A DNA stretch of 64,000 bases, taken from positions 2,112,001 through 2,176,000 of the forward strand of contig CBDEFM010000002.1 in NCBI GenBank assembly GCA_965237415.1. Reading direction: 5' to 3'. Positions 18,552 through 30,050 of the stretch are shown one piece after another. A program made the position numbers and the translations under genes. Within the stretch, counting starts at the first letter, position 1. Every line of letters begins with the position of its first letter. Origin of the DNA: Alphaproteobacteria bacterium. GTDB taxonomy: Bacteria > Pseudomonadota > Alphaproteobacteria > UBA828. The notes below the pieces were generated by a model. It had not been told where the DNA came from, did not search any database, and worked only from the letters and a program-made list of their open reading frames with translations.

Positions 18552-20206
18552 TCCTGGGTCCCTTCTGATGATGCTTGGGCTACGGCTAGCGCGAGGATGA
18601 ACTCGGCCGCCTTCTCGCCGATCATGATGGTTGGTGCGTTGGTGTTGCCGCTGACGATGACGGGCATGACCGACGCATCCGCAACCCTGAGCCCCGTGAC
18701 GCCGTGGACCGCGAGTCTCGCGTCCACCACCGCCATCGGGTCCGTGCCCATGCGGCAGGTACCGACGGGATGGAAAGTCGTCATCGCATTGACGCGCAGC
18801 CACGCGGCGAGCTCGCCGTCGCTCTTGACCGCGTCGCCGGGCGCGAGCTCGCGCCCGCGATAGGCGGCGAAGGCCGGCTGCGCGATGACGTCGCGAACCA
18901 TGCGAATGCCCGCGATCGTCGTCCGGCAATCGGCCTCGTCCTGCAGATAGTTGGGCTGGATCAGTGGCGGCGCGGCTGAATCGGCGGAGCGCAGCCCGAT
19001 CCACCCCCTGCTCGCGGGATTGATCGGGCCCACGCGCAGGCTAAAGCCGTGGGTCTCCTCGAGCGGCGGCTTCCTGAACGGCTTGGGGAAGTGCAGTTCG
19101 GCCGCATTCTCCAGCGCCGGCATGAAGTGCACCTGGACATCCGGCGCCAGCAGGTCCGGCCGGGTCTTGAGGAACGCGCCGGCCTCGTAGGGGAAGGTGG
19201 TGGCGATGCCGCGGCCGAACAGCATCCCCGCGATCACGGAGCCGATCAGCCTGTCCGCCCGCAGGTTGCGGTGGAGGGTGATCGGCTGCGTGCACGCATA
19301 GGCGATGACGCAGTCGACATGATCCTGGAGATTGCGGCCGACGCCGGGCAGGTCGTGGAGCACGGGGATGCCGTGCCGCTTCAGCTCGTCCACGGGTCCG
19401 ATCCCAGAGAGCATGAGGAGCTGGGGCGAGTTGACCGTGCCGGCACAGAGGATGACCTCGCGCTCGGCACGAATGGTCCGCGCGTCGGTTCCCTGCGCGA
19501 ACTCGACCCCCGTCGCACGGCCTCCCTCGACAACCACGCGCCGCACCAGACTCTCGGTAGCGATCGCCAGATTGCGCCGATGCCGGATCGGGCGTAGGAA
19601 GGCCGCCGAGGCGGAGCAGCGCTTGCCCCGCCTGATGGTGAAGTCGTAGCGGCCGAACCCCTGCTGCTCCGCGCCGTTGAAGTCATCGTTGACGGGATGG
19701 CCGGTCTGGCGGCCCGCCTCCACGAACGCGTCGAAGAGCGGATTGGCGCCGCGCGCGCGGCAGACGGTGAGCTCGCCCGCGCGCCCGTGATAGGCGCCGT
19801 CGCGCTCGGCATGCCCTTCGGAACGGCAAAAGGCTGGCAGCACGTCGTCGTAGGACCATCCGGCAAGGCCCATTTGCGCCCACCGGTCATAGTCGTGGCG
19901 GTTGCCGCGCACGTAGATCATGCCGTTGATGGTTGACGAGCCGCCCAGCACCTTGCCGCGCGGCCAGTAGAGCGAGCGGCCACCGAGGCTTGGCACCGGC
20001 TCGGTGTGGTAGCGCCAGTTGTAGATGCCGGAGTGGAACAGCTTGCCCATCAGCATCGGCAACCGGAACAGGGGGTTGCGGTCCTTGCCGCCGGCCTCGA
20101 CCAGCAGCACGGAGCATTCGGGATCGGCAGAGAGCCGGTTCGCGAGCACGCATCCCGCCGAGCCAGCGCCGACAATGACGTAGTCGAAGGCGCGCTCCCG
20201 CGGCAT
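18548..20206 (-). CDS. GMC oxidoreductase (choline dehydrogenase-like)
   Basis: GAGSAG, RGKVLGGSSTINGM, NLQDH, FHPVGTC, GNTNAP. Confidence 0.93.
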   Translation of the reverse strand: MPRERAFDYVIVGAGSAGCVLANRLSADPECSVLLVEAGGKDRNPLFRLPMLMGKLFHSGIYNWRYHTEPVPSLGGRSLYWPRGKVLGGSSTINGMIYVRGNRHDYDRWAQMGLAGWSYDDVLPAFCRSEGHAERDGAYHGRAGELTVCRARGANPLFDAFVEAGRQTGHPVNDDFNGAEQQGFGRYDFTIRRGKRCSASAAFLRPIRHRRNLAIATESLVRRVVVEGGRATGVEFAQGTDARTIRAEREVILCAGTVNSPQLLMLSGIGPVDELKRHGIPVLHDLPGVGRNLQDHVDCVIAYACTQPITLHRNLRADRLIGSVIAGMLFGRGIATTFPYEAGAFLKTRPDLLAPDVQVHFMPALENAAELHFPKPFRKPPLEETHGFSLRVGPINPASRGWIGLRSADSAAPPLIQPNYLQDEADCRTTIAGIRMVRDVIAQPAFAAYRGRELAPGDAVKSDGELAAWLRVNAMTTFHPVGTCRMGTDPMAVVDARLAVHGVTGLRVADASVMPVIVSGNTNAPTIMIGEKAAEFILALAVAQASSEGTQE

Positions 20207-20209
20207 CGA

Positions 20210-21061
20210 CTACCAGTCCACCGCCGCGCCCATCGCCTGGAGGCGCCGGTTGCAGAGCGTGAACGGGTTCTCTTTCGCGAGGACCTCGTCGGCTTCAGCG
20301 GGGTGCGGGCGGAGGATGACGCGCCCTGCGGCGCTTGCATCCGTCTCGCCAAGGCCTGCCGCCGCGAGCGTCTCAGCCGCCGTATCGCCGAAGCCGATAA
20401 AGATGACCGGCGCGTCCTGCGCTGCGAGATGACTGAGAACCCGGACCAGCAGCGGACGCCAGAGAGGCAGGTGCCCGCGCACCTGATGCGGATCGCCCTC
20501 GCGTTGGAATCGGGTCAGCGTGAGCGAGGAGTTGAGGAGCAACACACCGGACGCCACCCACCGATCGACCAGAGCGCCGGGCGCTTCCAACTCGACCGCG
20601 CCGCCTTCAATGGCCGCGAGCGTCGCCGGCCACCGCGCGAAGCCTTCGGCGTAGTGCGCCGCGCCCGTTCGCTCCGCGACCACTAGCTGGATCACCGCGC
20701 GCACGCTGGGGGAAAACATCTTGTCCAGCTCTCGCCAGCGAGCGACGTTGCCGGCCTCGAAGGCCCGCCCTGTCGAGAACGCGGGGCACGGATAGGGGTC
20801 CTGGCCCAGGATCACGCAGCGCACATCTTCGGGCGGGAGATTGTCGAAGACGCGGAGCATGTGCGCGCCCGCCGGTGCACCCGGAAACGTCCGGCCTCGC
20901 CGGGCGGGAAATATCGGCTCCCAAGGCTCGAGTTCGAGCGTGGCGTCCACATCCTCGAAGCCCAGCGCGACATCGCCGATGAGGCGGCGCCAGGGCGCGT
21001 CTATGTCCTCGTGCCAGTCCTGAAGCGTCTCCCGAAGCGCCGGTCTCAGTTGCATCGCCAT
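20210..21061 (-). CDS. Uracil-DNA glycosylase (UNG family 1-like), divergent
   Basis: LGQDPY, GRAF, GVLLLNSSLT, HP motif; start MAMQLR supported by RBS and by the duplicated copy at ~23490. Confidence 0.82.
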   Translation of the reverse strand: MAMQLRPALRETLQDWHEDIDAPWRRLIGDVALGFEDVDATLELEPWEPIFPARRGRTFPGAPAGAHMLRVFDNLPPEDVRCVILGQDPYPCPAFSTGRAFEAGNVARWRELDKMFSPSVRAVIQLVVAERTGAAHYAEGFARWPATLAAIEGGAVELEAPGALVDRWVASGVLLLNSSLTLTRFQREGDPHQVRGHLPLWRPLLVRVLSHLAAQDAPVIFIGFGDTAAETLAAAGLGETDASAAGRVILRPHPAEADEVLAKENPFTLCNRRLQAMGAAVDW

Positions 21062-21094
21062 GGGGTCCGCTCGCTCCCCTACATCGACATGAAC

Positions 21095-21142
21095 TGACGC
21101 GTGTGTCATGTTCCGCGTTTCGGGAACTTGACACGCGCGTCA
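21095..21142. promoter_or_regulatory. Pair of TGAC-N6-GTCA operators (RutR-box-like)
   Basis: TGACGCGTGTGTCA 21095-21108 and TGACACGCGCGTCA 21129-21142, 34 bp apart, upstream of the UNG-like gene. Confidence 0.65.
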
Positions 21143-21453
21143 CGCTATTTGGCCCATATTTTCCTAACAATCATAGCGTACTCCACTTTCTACCGTTTTG
21201 CGTTGGTACGCAGTATCTCGTAAGCATGTCGTCGGCGGATTCATTGCAACGCCTGCGCTTTCCTGCGTGCTTTGGTGGCCGCAGCCTGACGATCCTTGTG
21301 GTAGGGCGAATAGGTTCCGTTGGGCCGTGGTGAGGCCCTTGATTTAGCGATTTGAGAGTTCGCTTTCAGTCCCTCCGGAGGGGCCGCAGACAGATGCCCT
21401 TGCCGGAAAACCGTCTGCAACGCAAGTCGGATGCACTGTGTACGCCGTAGTCC

Positions 21454-22737
21454 TTACTCCGCTGGGATTTCCGTTGGACATGCGTAGGTCGCGCAGGGTT
21501 TATTGTCGTGGCTCTTGCAGTAATTGACAGCCGTTGCGAAGTCGATGTCCTTGCCAAAGCACTCGTTGCTGTCAATTCTAGCCTGAGCGCAAAAAGTCAA
21601 ATCGTCTTGAGGAGAGCGATTTGTTACCCATTTTTCCTTGCAATTAGCCAGGGTCGTATCGGGGTCGGCATCCGGATTCGCCGATATGGCCTGTGTCCAG
21701 CATGCGATCTGCATGTCGACCTCTTCGTCCGTTAACAGATCGTGGGAGTCACAACTCGAGCTGGTGTCTCCGGGGCAACACTGATAGGTCGTCAAATCGG
21801 GATGGTTACCCAGTATGTAGGGAGTTGGTTTGCTCGCTCCTGGGATCGTTGCCGTACCGGTTTTCAAAACCTCCTCGCCCGTGCCGGTGATCGTGTTCCA
21901 TTCCTCACGTGCTGACGTACCCAGGACGACGACAGGAAGCGTGTGCTTGTGTGTACTCGACTCTGGGTTCGGATCAACCGTCAACGAGAGCTGCGGATTT
22001 ATGTAATAGCCACCGGTTGTCAGCGTTTTGTCATTGAAATACTTCTGGGCATCGGGCAGATTTTCGGTAGTGCCGCTTCCCGGCGCGGCGATCGGCCGAA
22101 TGTCGACTATCGTTTCATAAAGCGTAGGGTCTTCGATACCAACTGCCTTAAGAACGTTACTCCATCGATTCATAGTGAAATTGTTGAGGTAGTCTTTCTC
22201 TGTAAGAGCGTCAGTGGGAGGATAGTTCAACATCAACACCGACCGTTGCATGACCATTGGCAGGCCGAGTGGTGCAAGAAAGGCCCAAGGTTCGTCCTTG
22301 TGGGTGTTGTTCTTGTTCCAGCAGTTGTCGGTATTCATGCATTTCTCAGCGCCGACATTGGCGGAGATGAAGTTATCAACGGACTTGGGGTGCACGGTTG
22401 AATACAAAGACGCGTTTGAATCACTGGTCGCGATAGTGACAACATAGGCCGGTAGTGAGCCATCAAACTCGACTGTAACGGAGTCGAACGTGATTCCATC
22501 AAGTGTTAGAGAATTCTTGGTAAAGAGTTCAATAGACTTCTCAACGGTAATTCCTTCGTAGTACTCCTTATACGGTGCAGGTACCGAATCTTCGGTTGGA
22601 TAAGCAATGTCTGTTTCGTCAGCTAGATTATAGGTTACGCTGTCCTCTGCTCGAACCTCCTGCCAAGATGGCTGCAAATGACCAATTGCGGCAATTGAGA
22701 GAACCAGTCCGACTTTGAGAATTCGAGAGTGATACAT
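21454..22737 (-). CDS. Secreted Cys-containing hypothetical protein
   Basis: Signal peptide (VRA|E), GGAGG RBS, Cys-rich C-terminus, lower GC. Confidence 0.8.
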   Translation of the reverse strand: MYHSRILKVGLVLSIAAIGHLQPSWQEVRAEDSVTYNLADETDIAYPTEDSVPAPYKEYYEGITVEKSIELFTKNSLTLDGITFDSVTVEFDGSLPAYVVTIATSDSNASLYSTVHPKSVDNFISANVGAEKCMNTDNCWNKNNTHKDEPWAFLAPLGLPMVMQRSVLMLNYPPTDALTEKDYLNNFTMNRWSNVLKAVGIEDPTLYETIVDIRPIAAPGSGTTENLPDAQKYFNDKTLTTGGYYINPQLSLTVDPNPESSTHKHTLPVVVLGTSAREEWNTITGTGEEVLKTGTATIPGASKPTPYILGNHPDLTTYQCCPGDTSSSCDSHDLLTDEEVDMQIACWTQAISANPDADPDTTLANCKEKWVTNRSPQDDLTFCAQARIDSNECFGKDIDFATAVNYCKSHDNKPCATYACPTEIPAE

Positions 22738-22868
22738 AGAATGACCTCCGGTTGGTTTTCATGCCGATTTTGCGGTTCATCCGACAACTAGGCAACGACA
22801 CTTTCAAGACGGGAGAGCCGAAGAAGTTTCTGGTGACGCGGCAACTAGTGGCGAGCTTCGCACGACGC

Positions 22869-23490
22869 CTAGCGGACATCAAAAGGGTGCCGCAGGCGGT
22901 ATCCGCGGGCTTGGGTAACCCCGTCGCCGACGCGCAGCCGCACGGTGGTGGCGATGCCGCGGCCGAACAGCATCTCCGCGATCACGGAACCGATCAGCCT
23001 GTCCGCCCGCAGGTTGCGGTGGAGGGTGATCGGCTGCGTGCACGCATAGGCGATGACGCAGTCGACATGGTCCTGGAGGTTGCGTCCAACGCCGGGGAGC
23101 TCGTGGATCACCTCGATGCCGTGCCGCTTCAACTCGTCTCCGGGCCCGATTCCAGAAAGCATGAGGAGCTGGGGCGAGTTGACGGTGCCGGCACAGAGGA
23201 AGACCTCGCGCTCGGCGCGGATGGTGCGCGCGCGCCCTGGGCGCCCTCGACCCCGGTCGTGCGTCCCCCTCGACGACGACTCGCTGCACCAGGCTATCAG
23301 TGAGGATCGCCAGATCGCGCCGAGTTCGGATCGGGTCGAGGAAGGCAGTGGAGGCAGCGCAGCGCTTGCCCCGCCTGATGGTGAAGTCGTAGCAGCCGAA
23401 GCCCTGCTGCTCGGGCCCATTGAAGTCGTCGTTCACAGCCTGCCAGCCCTCAAGCGTCTGCCGCAGCGCCGTTCTCAGTTGCATAGCCAT
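22869..23490 (-). pseudogene. Deleted duplicate of the UNG-GMC operon (UNG 5' end fused to an internal GMC fragment)
   Basis: MAMQLRTALRQTLEGW joined to [14 protein letters not shown]; near-identical to about 19200-19690; frameshifted. Confidence 0.85.
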
Positions 23491-23521
23491 GGCGCCGGCT
23501 TCTCCCGCCCCGTGAAAAACT

Positions 23522-23569
23522 TGACACACGCGTTAGGTTTCATGATTCTGGAACCTGACGCTAGCGTCA
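23522..23569. promoter_or_regulatory. Second pair of TGAC-N6-GTCA operators
   Basis: TGACACACGCGTTA 23522-23535 and TGACGCTAGCGTCA 23556-23569, again 34 bp apart, between divergent operons. Confidence 0.65.
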
Positions 23570-23740
23570 ATGTTTTTCTGGCCTGCCATGAGAGACATGA
23601 AAGGCCGCGGTCGGGATGTCGGTGAGGTGGTTACGAAACAACCAGCATTGCATCACCGCTCCCGCAGGCGGGCCGTCCCGGATCGCAGGAAGTCGCGGCG
23701 GGCCGTTCCTTCATCCGGCTTATGCATCAAGGAGGCTTCG

Positions 23741-24910
23741 ATGAGAGACACCGACAAGACGAAGAGGGCCGACCGCACTGGCCTTACCGTGAACCGGCGG
23801 ACCCTGCTGAAGGGGGGCGCTGCGGCGGCGGGCGCGGCGGCGGCGGGCTCGCTCACCATCTTCTCGCGCACGGCGCGTGCTGCCGACACACTACGGGTGC
23901 TGTGTTGGCCGGGCTATGAAGAGAAGGACGTGATCCAGGAGTTCGAGGACACGCACGGCGTCAAGGTCGAGTTCAAGATCTATATCGGCGGCGAACAGAT
24001 GCTGCAGTTCTTCAATCAGACGCCGCGCGGAACCTACGACAACGTCCTGGCGGACGCCGAGTATGTCCGTAAGCTTGCGGCTATCGATGCGATCGAGACC
24101 TACAACCCGGGCGAGGTGCCCGAACTCGCCAACTACCACCCGAAATTCAACAGCATGCACCAGGTGCAGGCGGGAGACGGGATGGTCTGGGGCACGCCGA
24201 CGCGCTTCAGCTTCTACGCCATCTCGTATAACTCGGATCACATGAGCTTCGAGGAGAGCGGCGACTGGAACTCGCTGTTCCTGCCCAAGTTCGAGGGCAA
24301 GATCGGCATCTTCGACTGGTACTTGCCGAACATGGGCAATGCGAGTCTCGCGGTTCATCCCAACAAGGAGAACCCCTACGACCTGACCGACGAACAGCTC
24401 GGCGCCGTCCGCGACTGGCTGCTGAAGCTTAGGCCCCAGGTCAACATGTTCGGCTCCGGCGCCCAGGCCATCGTGCAGGCGATGATCAACGGCGATGTCG
24501 TCGCGGGGATGATCGGCGACCTCGACATCGACCTGAAACTCGCAGGCTACACGAACATGGAATCGACCATTCCTGTACAGGGCGGCATCCGCTGGCAGGA
24601 AGTGGCCACCATGTGCAAGCAGAGCGAGAACAAGGAGCTGGCGCTGGAGTGGATCAAACACATGAGCCAGGCCCACATCCAGGCCCGGCTCGCCTACACC
24701 AAGGCGTTCAAGGCCCGCGGCCCCAACCTTAAGATCGCCGACTACTGGACGGAGGAGCAGAATCAGCTCCTGGGCTACTATCCCGATCCCAACAACCCCA
24801 GCCAGATGTGGGTGGAGACGCTGATTGACCGCAGCGTTGGCCGCGACCTTCCGGTGCAGCAGGACGAGAAGGCGTGGATCGACATCTTCAACGAGTTCAA
24901 GACGGGCTAA
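23741..24910 (+). CDS. Polyamine-type ABC substrate-binding protein (PotD/PotF-like), Tat signal
   Basis: NRRTLLK Tat motif; WPGY..FE..GVKV; KENKELA..WI. Confidence 0.88.
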   Translation: MRDTDKTKRADRTGLTVNRRTLLKGGAAAAGAAAAGSLTIFSRTARAADTLRVLCWPGYEEKDVIQEFEDTHGVKVEFKIYIGGEQMLQFFNQTPRGTYDNVLADAEYVRKLAAIDAIETYNPGEVPELANYHPKFNSMHQVQAGDGMVWGTPTRFSFYAISYNSDHMSFEESGDWNSLFLPKFEGKIGIFDWYLPNMGNASLAVHPNKENPYDLTDEQLGAVRDWLLKLRPQVNMFGSGAQAIVQAMINGDVVAGMIGDLDIDLKLAGYTNMESTIPVQGGIRWQEVATMCKQSENKELALEWIKHMSQAHIQARLAYTKAFKARGPNLKIADYWTEEQNQLLGYYPDPNNPSQMWVETLIDRSVGRDLPVQQDEKAWIDIFNEFKTG

Positions 24911-25005
24911 ATCGCCGCAGCCCGGTACATATCGAGGGGGCGGACCGCCGGCGCGACAGCGCGCCGGCGCCGCCACATGCCTGATCCTCACGAGCCTGGC
25001 CGACG

Positions 25006-26139
<1,134 letters not shown>

Positions 26140-26178
26140 GCACGGCGTACGCAACGCCTCGCTGAAGACGAGGATTTT

Positions 26179-27087
26179 GTGACCGACGGCAGCGTCATTC
26201 CCCCCTCCAACAGGAGTCCTCTCAAGCTCATCTTCCTGGCGCCGCCGATCGGGTACTACGCGATATTCTTCATCGCGCCGCTCGCGTTCCTGGTCGTGCT
26301 CGGCTTCTGGATCGTCAGGGACTATCAGATTGTCGCCGAGTTTTCGGTCATCAACTACGTCGACATATTCTCCCAGTTCTTCAGCCGCTCGCGCTTCGGT
26401 TGGGCGCTGGTTCAGTCGATCTATGTCGCGGTGACCACCAGCGTGTTCGCCGTGATCTTCTGCTACTTCCTGGCGATGGGGATCGTCTTCTGCGTGCCCG
26501 AACGCTATCAGCGGCTCTTTCTGGTGCTCGCGATACTGCCGTTCTGGAGCAGCTACATCCTCAGGCTGTTCTCATGGCAGCTGATCCTGGCGCAGAAGGG
26601 GGTGCTCAATTCCGTCCTCGGCGAACTCGGCCTCGAGGATCCCCTGATCATCACCAACACGCAGATCGGCACGCGCATTGGCCTTGTCCACTACCTGTCG
26701 CCGATTCTGGTCATCATCCTCTACGTCACGCTCATCAACGTGAACCGGAACCTGATCGAGGCGGCGCGCGAGCTCGGCGCGACGCGCCTACAGGCGTTCT
26801 GGCGCGTCATCGTGCCGCTCAGCCGGCTTGGACTGACCTTCGCCTTCGGCTTCGGGGTGATCGTCAGCTTCGGCGACGTGCTCTCGGGCCTGTTGATTGG
26901 CGGCGGGATCGGCCAGTCCTGGCTGGGCTCCTACCCGCTCTACTCCAACATGATCATGGCCGACTACAACAGCTACACGAACCTGCCCCGCACCGCCGCG
27001 CTCGCGACCGTCATGGTGATCATCATGGTGGTGATGCTGGTGGTCGCCTATCGCATGGCCGACCGGGCCCGGCACCGGATGTCGTGA
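26179..27087 (+). CDS. ABC permease (PotB-like)
   Basis: LPFWSSY, EAARELGA. Confidence 0.9.
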   Translation: MTDGSVIPPSNRSPLKLIFLAPPIGYYAIFFIAPLAFLVVLGFWIVRDYQIVAEFSVINYVDIFSQFFSRSRFGWALVQSIYVAVTTSVFAVIFCYFLAMGIVFCVPERYQRLFLVLAILPFWSSYILRLFSWQLILAQKGVLNSVLGELGLEDPLIITNTQIGTRIGLVHYLSPILVIILYVTLINVNRNLIEAARELGATRLQAFWRVIVPLSRLGLTFAFGFGVIVSFGDVLSGLLIGGGIGQSWLGSYPLYSNMIMADYNSYTNLPRTAALATVMVIIMVVMLVVAYRMADRARHRMS

Positions 27088-27089
27088 CC

Positions 27090-27908
27090 ATGGGCCACCT
27101 CGACGTCTATTTTCGCGAGAACGGCTACAAGCTCGCAGGCCGGGTCTATCTCTTTCTCGGCTTCATTTTCCTGCTGCTGCCGATCGCTTTCCTGATCCTC
27201 TTCTCGTTTCAGAAGAACGTCTATTCGTCGCTCCCCCTCAAAGGCTGGTCGCTGCAGTGGTACGACAAGCTGATCTACGACGGCGTCCTCTTCGACGCCC
27301 TGCTGAACAGCCTCCAGGTCTCGCCGATCGCGGCGACTGCGGCCTCGGTCCTCGGTTTCCTCGCGGCCTACGCGCTAAACCGCTTCGTCTTTCCCGGCCG
27401 CCTGCTGACGGCGACGATCCTGATCCTGCCGATCCTGATACCGCCGCTGATCCTGGGCGTCTCGATGCTGGGTCTGCTGGGCCGCATCGGTCTGCACGGC
27501 GAGCTCTACAGCATCATCATTGCGCACACGCTGCTGCTGACGGCGCCCGCCATGGCGATCATCCAGCTCAGGCTCGCGCAGATGCCGCCGGCGCTGGAGG
27601 AGGCCGCCTGGGACCTCGGCGCGAACGAGCTCCAGACCGTCTGGCGCGTGGTGCTGCCCTGGGCGCTGCCCGGCATTGCCGGCGGCTGGCTGCTGGCGTT
27701 CACCTTCTCGTTCGACGAATTCATCATCGCCTGGTTCGTGTCGGGCTTCGACCAGACGCTGCCGGTCGCCGTCTACAATGTCATGATCGCCTCGCACGAT
27801 CCCTCGCTCAACGCGATCGGGACCATCGTGTTCGGCCTGCTCCTGCTGACCCTGCTTGGCGCCGAGCTGCTGATCATTCCGTTGTTCATGAGACGCCGCA
27901 CGGCGTGA
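27090..27908 (+). CDS. ABC permease (PotC-like)
   Basis: WSLQWY, EEAAWDLGA, SFDEF. Confidence 0.9.
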   Translation: MGHLDVYFRENGYKLAGRVYLFLGFIFLLLPIAFLILFSFQKNVYSSLPLKGWSLQWYDKLIYDGVLFDALLNSLQVSPIAATAASVLGFLAAYALNRFVFPGRLLTATILILPILIPPLILGVSMLGLLGRIGLHGELYSIIIAHTLLLTAPAMAIIQLRLAQMPPALEEAAWDLGANELQTVWRVVLPWALPGIAGGWLLAFTFSFDEFIIAWFVSGFDQTLPVAVYNVMIASHDPSLNAIGTIVFGLLLLTLLGAELLIIPLFMRRRTA

Positions 27909-27940
27909 CGGCGTGCGGCGGCCGACTGAAGGAGAGCGTC

Positions 27941-28456
27941 ATGGACAAGACAGACTATATGAGACGGGCGATCGATCTCGCGCGGACGAAGATGCGTGAG
28001 GGCCGCGGCCACTGGCCGTACGGCTGCCTCATCGTCAAGGACGGCGAGATTGTGGGCGAGGGCTGCAATGACATGGGCTTCTCGCTCGACCCGACAGGCC
28101 ATGGCGAGATCGTGGCGATCCGCGATGCCTGCAAACGGCTCGGCACGATGGACCTTTCGGGTTGCGAACTCTACACCAGCTGCGAGCCCTGCTCGCTCTG
28201 CTCCAGCGCGATCTGGCTGACAAACATCGCCACGGTGTATTACGGCGCTTCGCTGGAGGATTGCCGCGGACATGGCTCGGATTTCGAGCCGCTGCGAATC
28301 GACGTCGGCAAGCCAATTCACGAGCGGAGCATACCGGCCGAGCGCGTGCTCGGCGAGCAGGGGAGCGCCCTGCTCGCGGAGTGGGCCGCCCTCATTGAGA
28401 AGTCTCCGGCGATGCAGGAGGAGCGCAGCCGCCACGCGCCCATCGGCGAGCGCTAG
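27941..28456 (+). CDS. Nucleoside/guanine deaminase (CDA fold)
   Basis: HGE, PCSLC zinc motifs. Confidence 0.88.
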   Translation: MDKTDYMRRAIDLARTKMREGRGHWPYGCLIVKDGEIVGEGCNDMGFSLDPTGHGEIVAIRDACKRLGTMDLSGCELYTSCEPCSLCSSAIWLTNIATVYYGASLEDCRGHGSDFEPLRIDVGKPIHERSIPAERVLGEQGSALLAEWAALIEKSPAMQEERSRHAPIGER

Positions 28457-28510
28457 CCTGAATTCGGCGCGGCCGGACGAGAGCCGCGTGCGAGCGGCCG
28501 GAGGGCAATC

Positions 28511-28924
28511 ATGAGCCTCGAAGCCTTGCGCAATCTGACCGACATCGGTCTCTTCGTCTCGGACATGGAGCGCGCCCTTGCCTTCTACGGCGAGACGCTC
28601 GGTTTCGAGCTCAAGCGCCGCGACATCGGCTTCGCCGAGTTCTGCACGAACGGGGTCAGCCTCGCGCTCTGGGAGGTCTCGGACGTGACCCAGGCGCTCG
28701 AACTCGCGGAGACGCCCCGCCAGGGCCTCTCCGCCATGGTGGCGGTCCGCGTCGAGACGGCGGAAGCCGTGGATGCGCTCTACGACGCGCTGGCGGCCAA
28801 AGGCGTGACCATAGTCCAGGCGCCGACCACGCACGCCTGGAACGCGCGCACCACCTACTTCAGCGATCCGGACGGCAATCTGTGGGAGATCTATGCGTGG
28901 GTCGACGCCCCGCGAACGCTCTGA
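28511..28924 (+). CDS. VOC/glyoxalase family protein
   Basis: LFVSDMERALAFY...YFSDPDGNLWE. Confidence 0.88.
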   Translation: MSLEALRNLTDIGLFVSDMERALAFYGETLGFELKRRDIGFAEFCTNGVSLALWEVSDVTQALELAETPRQGLSAMVAVRVETAEAVDALYDALAAKGVTIVQAPTTHAWNARTTYFSDPDGNLWEIYAWVDAPRTL

Positions 28925-29021
28925 GCCGCCGGGTCGAGGTCGAGCGCGCCCTCGCCGAGGACCCCGGCGCCTCATCGTGACGGCCGACTGACGGCTCCCT
29001 GAAACCGGGACCGAGGCGCCC

Positions 29022-29684
29022 TCACCGCCCCGAGCGAGGCGGGCCGCAGCATCCGTCCAGGATTACCCGGGTTATGGTCTCCGCCGCAGCGTCGAAGTCC
29101 CTGCGTGTGAGCCGTCGCCTCTCCAGCACGTCCGCCGCCAGCGCCCCGAAGTCCGCGTAGAACTCGGTCGCGGACCACAGCATGATGAAAAAGTGGCGGG
29201 GGTCTACCGGCGCCATCTGCCCCCGGCGGATCCATTCCTCCACCACGTGGGCGCGCTGGATGGTTACGTCGCGAATGTGCTGGCGCTGACGCCGCTCCAG
29301 AAGCTGCGCACCACGCAAGATCTCGTTGGCAAAAAGGCGCGAGTCGGCGGCATGGCGGCGGGAATACTCGAGCTTGGCACGGATATAGGCGGCGATGGCG
29401 TCGCGTGGCTCGCGCTCGGGCACAATATGCTCGAAGGCAAGATCCCAGCCCTCGATCAGCCGCTCGATCAGGGCCGTGTAGATGCTCCCCTTGGTCGGGA
29501 AGTAGTAGTAGACGTTGGCCTTGGGCAGGCCGCTCGCCTGCGCGATTTCCTTCATATGGGTGCCGTGGAAGCTCTTGTCGGCGAAGAGACCGACGGCGGC
29601 GTTTAAGATACGCTCCTTGTTCCTAGCCCGAATTCTCGGCTCCGGCCCGTCATTTCCCGCCTCTGCCCGCATCGTCTTGGTCAT
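29022..29684 (-). CDS. TetR family regulator, RutR-like
   Basis: TetR HTH; YIRAKLE.SR, SRLFANE, VDPRH...LWSAT.FYADF (RutR C-terminal domain). Confidence 0.88.
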   Translation of the reverse strand: MTKTMRAEAGNDGPEPRIRARNKERILNAAVGLFADKSFHGTHMKEIAQASGLPKANVYYYFPTKGSIYTALIERLIEGWDLAFEHIVPEREPRDAIAAYIRAKLEYSRRHAADSRLFANEILRGAQLLERRQRQHIRDVTIQRAHVVEEWIRRGQMAPVDPRHFFIMLWSATEFYADFGALAADVLERRRLTRRDFDAAAETITRVILDGCCGPPRSGR

Positions 29685-29768
29685 GCTCTTCCCTCGCGTC
29701 GCAGGGGACTTCCTGCGTATGCCCGTAACGCATGCAGTCTAGCCGCTTGGTCTGGCCGGGTCGCGCTG

Positions 29769-29885
29769 GTGCAGTTGGCGACTCGATTGCTCGTCGAGGA
29801 AGCGCTGGAGGGTGAGAGCCGGGACGTCCTCGGCCGAGAGCACTACGAGCATGGCGCGTCGCCGGGCCAGAGCTGGCGCAACAGT
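29769..29885 (+). mobile_element. IS256 transposase N-terminal remnant
   Basis: LLVEEALEGE...LGREHYEH...WRN. Confidence 0.55.
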
Positions 29886-29908
29886 GTGCCCATGGGTTGT
29901 CTGCGTAC

Positions 29909-30050
29909 TGAGGTGGCCTCGCCTTTTCGGACAACCTGGCGGCTGAGCCAATGTGTATTCCGGTTGATTCTCAGGCCGCCAAGAATCCACTTGATGCGCT
30001 CTTCCTGTCGGTGCTGCTGCGCCTATGGAGATGTAGGCAAGCGCGACGAT
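29909..30050 (-). mobile_element. IS3 right-end remnant related to 12220-12370
   Basis: TGAGGTGGCCTCGCCTTTTCGGACA...TCAGGCCGCC...GGAGATGT.GGCAAG similarity. Confidence 0.75.
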
